Part shown: positions 58,141 to 64,000 of the stretch, piece by piece
Position numbering within the stretch: position 1 is the stretch's first letter
How the letters are laid out: each line of letters begins with the position of its first letter
Assembly: GCA_951406725.2 (NCBI GenBank)
Contig: OX597830.1
Location: 29,016,001-29,080,000, forward strand
Direction: 5' to 3'
Length of the DNA stretch: 64,000 bases
DNA from: Octopus vulgaris
Lineage: Eukaryota
Translations under genes and position numbers: made by a program
Notes under the pieces: generated by a model
Databases searched by the model: none
Told to the model about the DNA's origin: nothing
What the model saw: only the letters and a program-made list of their open reading frames with translations

Positions 58141-59990
58141 TCCGTTTTTATGTGATGGGATCATTTTCATTTTTGATTCGTTTTGGGACAATGTTAAATA
58201 GATCATGGCTTGTTGATGGTGTGGGGCGGAATTGTGCTGTAGTTTATGCGTTGGGTTCCTGAATTTTGTAGGGGAAGTACAGCAAGTGGTCCTAGCATTC
58301 AATAAATTCTGAAACTAATGCTAAGGTCGTTCGGACAATGCTGGCGGTATATTCTCCACATTGTGCAAATGATGTATATAGTTCAATGCGACGCTGGGGA
58401 AAATAGAGTTTCAATGTTTTTTAGGCGGTTCCAATAACTGAGATCAGTCATGCCGTCAATTCTTCTAGTGATTGCCCTTTGGGTTGACTCACTTCTTGAA
58501 ATGTCTTGTTTTGTTTGGGGAGGCCACTGAGGGCAGCAGTATTCTTGGGTGTTGCCATACGAAGCAGGAGAAAAGAGGAAAGAAAACACGAGCTATATCG
58601 ACTTTAGTGTTGATATGGGCTCTGCAGCTGAGTTTGTTGTCAACAATTACTCCTAGCTATCTAATATTATTAGATACTGTTAGTGGTTCCCTTGGACGAA
58701 GAGAATATGGCTGTTTTAGCATGGGCTTTTTACAAATTATATCAGCTCAAACTTTCCCAACTTTAGTAGAATTTTGTTTTTATCAGCCAATTGACGTATA
58801 TAGCATGTAGATCAGACTGGAGTTAGGTTCGGTCTTCTTCGTTGATAATTTTCTGGAGCTTAGACCCATTGGCTAATATTTTCCTTTGCTGTGCTTGATG
58901 ACGTTTGAAATATCGTTTATATAAGACTATGAAGAGGAGAAGCGATCTCTATACAGTCCCCTGGGAGACACTGTTGATGACATTTACAGGGTTTGAGTAG
59001 ATTCTACCGAACACAACATGTGTTCTGTTCTCAAGGAAATGCTCAAACCAGTGTAGACGTTTTCCACGGACCCCAAAATGTGACAATTTTGACAGTAGGG
59101 TATTGTGGTACACTCTGTCAAACGCTTTGCTGAAATCAAGATATATGACATCAGAGTTCAAACCTGATCCTTAGGCTTTAAGAGTGGTGTGTTAGAAAGC
59201 CATGATGGTTGGAATTTAGAAGATTGTGGCTCTCCAGGACGCTATCTATCCTTCATCTCACATTTTCAAACAATTTGATATAGGAGGTAAGTGAGATTGG
59301 GGGATAGTTGACTGCAAGGGATCTGTTTCCCTGTTTGAAAACCGGGATGACAGACTGGGATAATAAAGGTTTCGGTATACAGCCGAAGTCTAAAGACTTT
59401 CTCCAGAATTTGGTGACAGAGACTGCAAGTTGGTGTCTAGATTCTGTTGAGTCTTTTTTTTTTTAAATTCCGACAATGGTCGAGTGTGTGTCTGGATACT
59501 CTGTCATCAGGAGTTTGACATGTAAAGATTGCTGCCAACAATGAAAAAGGGTAGCTATTCTGTGATGATCTTGGGAACAGTTTGGAGTAATTTGGTGGAG
59601 TGTGAGAGAAATTTAAACTCAGATAGATATGTGTCCATATTGCAGAAAGGACTCCTTCCAATCTACTGAAGTGATGAAATGTTTAAAGAAGACTCTTTAT
59701 TTATGGAAGATGGGGCTCTTGGCACGCGGCTACAAAGACCCAAGGTGGATTGGAAGAGAATGACATTAAAAAGCTTCTATGACCAAGCTTGTTAGCAGGT
59801 ATGTACCCTATTGAACATCTGAAGGGCATAAGGGACAGGATATTTCGTAAAAAGGACAAGAAAGTATCTTCAAAGCCGGATCTTTAAAAATTAATCTATC
59901 AAACTTGGCATTAAATGGCGCAAGAGCATATACGTCATCTGATGTCTTATGGGGTCCTTGCATCGAAGAATGCAAAGGGCATGTCTACTA
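57990..59990 (-). mobile_element. CR1-group LINE ORF2 (reverse transcriptase) relic
   Basis: Minus-strand motifs in order: SVIPVFKQGNRSLAVNYPPISLTS, DVIYLDFSKAFDRVYHNTLLSKL...VSQGTV, INDI, and EYCCPQWPP...TQRAITRRIDGMTDLSYWNRLK. Confidence 0.9.
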
Positions 59991-60146
59991 AATATTAGAT
60001 ATCCACTTTATAATAATTAATAAATAATTTGCATGCATTCTTTCAGACTTAAATATAACTTAACGATTATGAGGCTGTCTATTTATTTCTGCCATGTCTC
60101 TGTATATGTATGTATGTATGTATGAATCTGTCTACATATATATATC

Positions 60147-60296
60147 TGACCAGACGGATTCTTAGATGGATTTTTAGGCAGCTGACCGGATGGATTATTA
60201 GAACTTTTAGAACAAGAGACTGGTCTCTTGTTCTAAAAGTTCTAATAATCCATCCGGTCAGCTGCCTAAAAATCCATCTAAGAATCCGTCTGGTCA
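60147..60296. repeat. Perfect 150-bp palindrome (74-bp arms, 2-nt loop) at the 5' end of a truncated LINE
   Basis: 60147-60220 is the exact reverse complement of 60223-60296; loop tg. Confidence 0.95.
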
Positions 60297-60910
60297 TGAT
60301 GGTCATCCGGAGGACACATGTTCTAAGCCACTTTGACTATTGCTTTCAGCTATGGTCACCAACCAGTGTCAGATTAATCTCAGAACTCGAGGCAATCCAA
60401 CGAAGTTACACGAAGAAGATAGCCGCTATGCAGCATATAAGCTATTGGGAAAGACTCAAGAGATTGAGACTTTATTCTTTAGAGCTTAGGCGAGAAAGAT
60501 ATGCCATAATATACATCTGGAAGATCCTGGAAGGAGTTACACAAATACTGGAACTGGGCGCCACTGTATAGTGCCAAGGACTTCAAATTTGACATCAAGA
60601 TGTAGGACAAGATACTGCAAAAGCCTGGGATTCAGAGGTCAACATCTCCTCAATATCCTCCCGAAGGATCTGAGAGTCCTGCATGGGGTATATGTAGGTG
60701 TCTTCAAAATAAAGCTGGATCCCTTCCTGTCAAGAGTCCCAAATAAACCAACCTTGCAGCAAGAGGTGCAGATGAGGACAGCTGCATGAAAACTTCTCAT
60801 GCACCAAACGTCAATTCCTAAAAAGCATTCGTGAAGTAAAATTATGTAGCAACACCAAATGGCGGTGCCCCAGCATGGCCACAGCGCGTGAGCTGAAACT
60901 AGATAAAATA
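60147..60910 (+). mobile_element. CR1-group LINE 3' portion, a different family from the adjacent minus-strand copy
   Basis: GWIIRTFRTRD...HVLSHFDYCFQLWSP...LEAIQRSYTKKI...SYWERLKRLRLYSLELRRERYAIIYIWKILEG, then SLGFRGQHLLNILP...FKIKLDPFLSRVPNKP; tail ggcggtgccccagcatggccacag...ctgaaac. Confidence 0.9.
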
Positions 60911-61509
60911 TAAATATATCTTTATATTGTATATGTGTGTGTGTATTTAACTGTAAGTATGGTCGGCTAGCTTGTGTGTATCTGTTTAGGTGCATATACA
61001 TAAGTATGCTAATATGTTTGTATAGACGTATACGTGTACGGATAAATTAATAAGATTTCTTTCTGGTATTTTAAACGTTTAAATGCTGCCCGTAAGATAG
61101 ACATTGTTTGCTTGGATTGTCATATTACTTTGTAGCCTGTGTTGTCACTGTTATTTTTATCCCATACATTGTTGTTGCTACTGTTTATTTTATAAATTAT
61201 CACCATGCATTCCTTCCTAAGCATACATAGACTCATATACATAAATAAATATACATGGAAACACACACACACACACATACACACCCACACACACTCTCAT
61301 ACGCGCACACATATAAACATGTAAATATGTTGCACGCTTTAACTTTACGTATGTATACACATGTATGTACTTCTACATTTATATTTACTTATAGTTATAT
61401 GTAGTTTACATAGGTATATATTCCTCTCTTTCCCACACGCACATATCTCGTTACATACACATACATATACTTCTACATACATTCATATACTTACATGCAC
61501 ATATATATG

Positions 61510-61544
<35 letters not shown>

Positions 61545-62121
61545 ATATATACATATACCTACATACATACATATATATATATACACACATAAGTATATAT
61601 ATATATACATGTATATGTATATATGTATATATATATATATGTACATATACACACACACATATGTTTGTAAACACACGGAAACACATATATAGGTATAGAT
61701 ATATATATATACTTCATGTGTATGTATGAGTTTGTATCATTGTGTATGTATAGCTATCAATATATGTACATATATATATGTGATTGTGTATTTTTGTACG
61801 TGTATGTTCGAGTGTTGATGTACACGTGTGTGTATGTGCTTGTGTGTCGGGACTTTTCTTCTGTTTCCACTCTTGCTTACGCTTCCAAAGAAGCGTCAAG
61901 CATCACCGGTCACCCGATATTACATTATAATAATTCTTGACATTCGGTTAGGAATGCGTATCTTCCAATCTCATTCCTCTCTTTGCAGTTTTTTTTTTCT
62001 TATATTTATTGTTCTGTTCATTTTTTTTTTTTTAATTTTAATTTTTTTTTTTTTTTTCATTTTTATCTGTCTCCTGTTTCTTTTCTTCATTTCATTAGAA
62101 ATTTGCTGCTGGAAGTATGAG

Positions 62122-62195
<74 letters not shown>

Positions 62196-62363
62196 GCAGA
62201 TAAAAAAAACGGTTTTGTCGGAAGATATCCTTGTATTCTTAATGAAAATGTTTACTGACTCGAGTGATTCAGCTTTGATGACTCTGTTGGCTTTACTCAT
62301 CAAATATTCTTCGGCAAATTTAATTGAATACACTCATAAATATATACCAGAGCAAATATATAT

Positions 62364-62492
<129 letters not shown>

Positions 62493-62576
62493 ATATGGTC
62501 ATATATACATACGCACACAAATATATACGTATATGTGTAGAGGGAAACATATCCATTCGCCAATCCTTCTATAGAG

Positions 62577-62621
<45 letters not shown>

Positions 62622-62899
62622 CAATGATACCCACATATTGACACACATACTCCCACATCTATGTGCATGCACGTACGATTTTATTAGTATGTATTAAAGT
62701 TTTAATTAGTGAAGAGATAACCTCGGCACAGCAATACTTTGTTTGATCATTCTTCGTCCTTAACAAATTCCTGCCTCAAAAATGTTGAAGTGGTTTTTTT
62801 TTTCTTTTCTTCTCCTTTTCGGCTCCGCTTATATAAATTCACACATGCAAGAAGATATATGAAGCATAGGTACCAAATCATAGGTATAGCCAAACATAG

Positions 62900-62939
<40 letters not shown>

Positions 62940-63699
62940 TATATACATACATATATATGTATGTATGTATTTATATATAATTTTATATATATATATATGT
63001 ATGTATTTATATATATTTATATATATATATATATGAATATATACATATGTAGGTACATATATGCATATATACATGCATTATACATATATACCTACATATG
63101 TGCATACATAGTGATATACAGACATATGTAATTCACAAAGCATATATATATATGCTTCCGTGTGTGTATGTCTGTGTGTATGTGTGTCTGTATGCGTGTG
63201 TGTAATTATTCAGTCACATACACAAACACGCCCATGCTACTATATTTTGACTCTATACAGATATTTTTCTTTTATTCCTCTTGTTCCACACATGGCAGCT
63301 CCCTAGAGTTTAGTTACCGATCTGAAAGCAAGATGAATATTTAAATTTGCAGAGAGAATTAGCTTTAGTTAATTTTTGTATTTGGCTATCATGTTTGTTT
63401 GCCTTTTTTTTTTTTTGTTATTCTATCTTTGTAAATTCTTGATTTTCCGCTTTAATTTTCTTTTTTTTTTTTCTTGCCTCATTTTATTTTAATGTCTCAT
63501 TTTATTTAATGAGGCTTGAAAACAAACTACATTATAATTGTGCAGATTTGAATAGAATAGCATTATCTGAATACTGAAGATATTCAAATAAAATGCAGTA
63601 ACACAAGGAACAGAAGACGCCCTAAAGCAAGAGGAAAGAAGAAAAAAAAAGTAAACACCAGAATAGCAAAACAATTAATAATTTGCCTTATAGACACCA

Positions 63700-63905
63700 G
63701 ACAATAAATTTTGAAGATGTTATGGGTTGGTCGATTTCATCCAATATCACTACTTGACTGGTCGTTAATTATGATTTCCATTCTCGGGGGGATGGGAGTC
63801 ATAATTGACCTCGGCGGGATTTGAACTTAAAACGTAATGAGACGTAACTAAGTAAAGCAAAGCAGTTTGTTCGACGCTCTACCGGTTTCGTCAATATACT
63901 CGCTT
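63700..63905 (-). mobile_element. Degenerate SINE family C
   Basis: tgacctcggcgggatttgaacttaaaacgtaa is the reverse complement of the B-box region. Confidence 0.65.
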
Positions 63906-64000
63906 CAATAAAACGTCTAACCTGAATGATATGCTTTTTAAGCGTTCTGTAATAAATAGTAAGTTGCTATCTGTGGCCTCCATTTTGTCGGATGTTTTCA

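Noticed and set aside
62265-62305. cagctttgatga...ctcatcaaa resembling miR-2 family sequence
   Set aside because: The seed (tatcacag) is absent and arm order and spacing do not fit a pre-miRNA.

Overview
AT-rich, microsatellite-saturated eukaryotic non-coding DNA, most likely an octopus (coleoid cephalopod) intergenic or intronic region, inferred from the SINE families. I find no credible host protein-coding exon; almost all ORFs in the track are translations of (TA)n, (CA)n, (TATC)n, (CAT)n or (TAA)n arrays. Real coding remnants are all mobile elements: a Penelope-like GIY-YIG fragment, two R4/Dong-type LINE fragments, two CR1-group LINE fragments and a Tc1/mariner (maT-like) transposase relic. 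There are also more than 20 tRNA-derived SINE copies from four families. The most interesting signal is a set of short Penelope-like 3' ends carrying minimal type I hammerhead-ribozyme motifs (one with an intact core at 27339-27392). Several occur as long fold-back palindromes and nearly all abut (TA)n or (CA)n arrays. All calls were made by eye; element boundaries are approximate.
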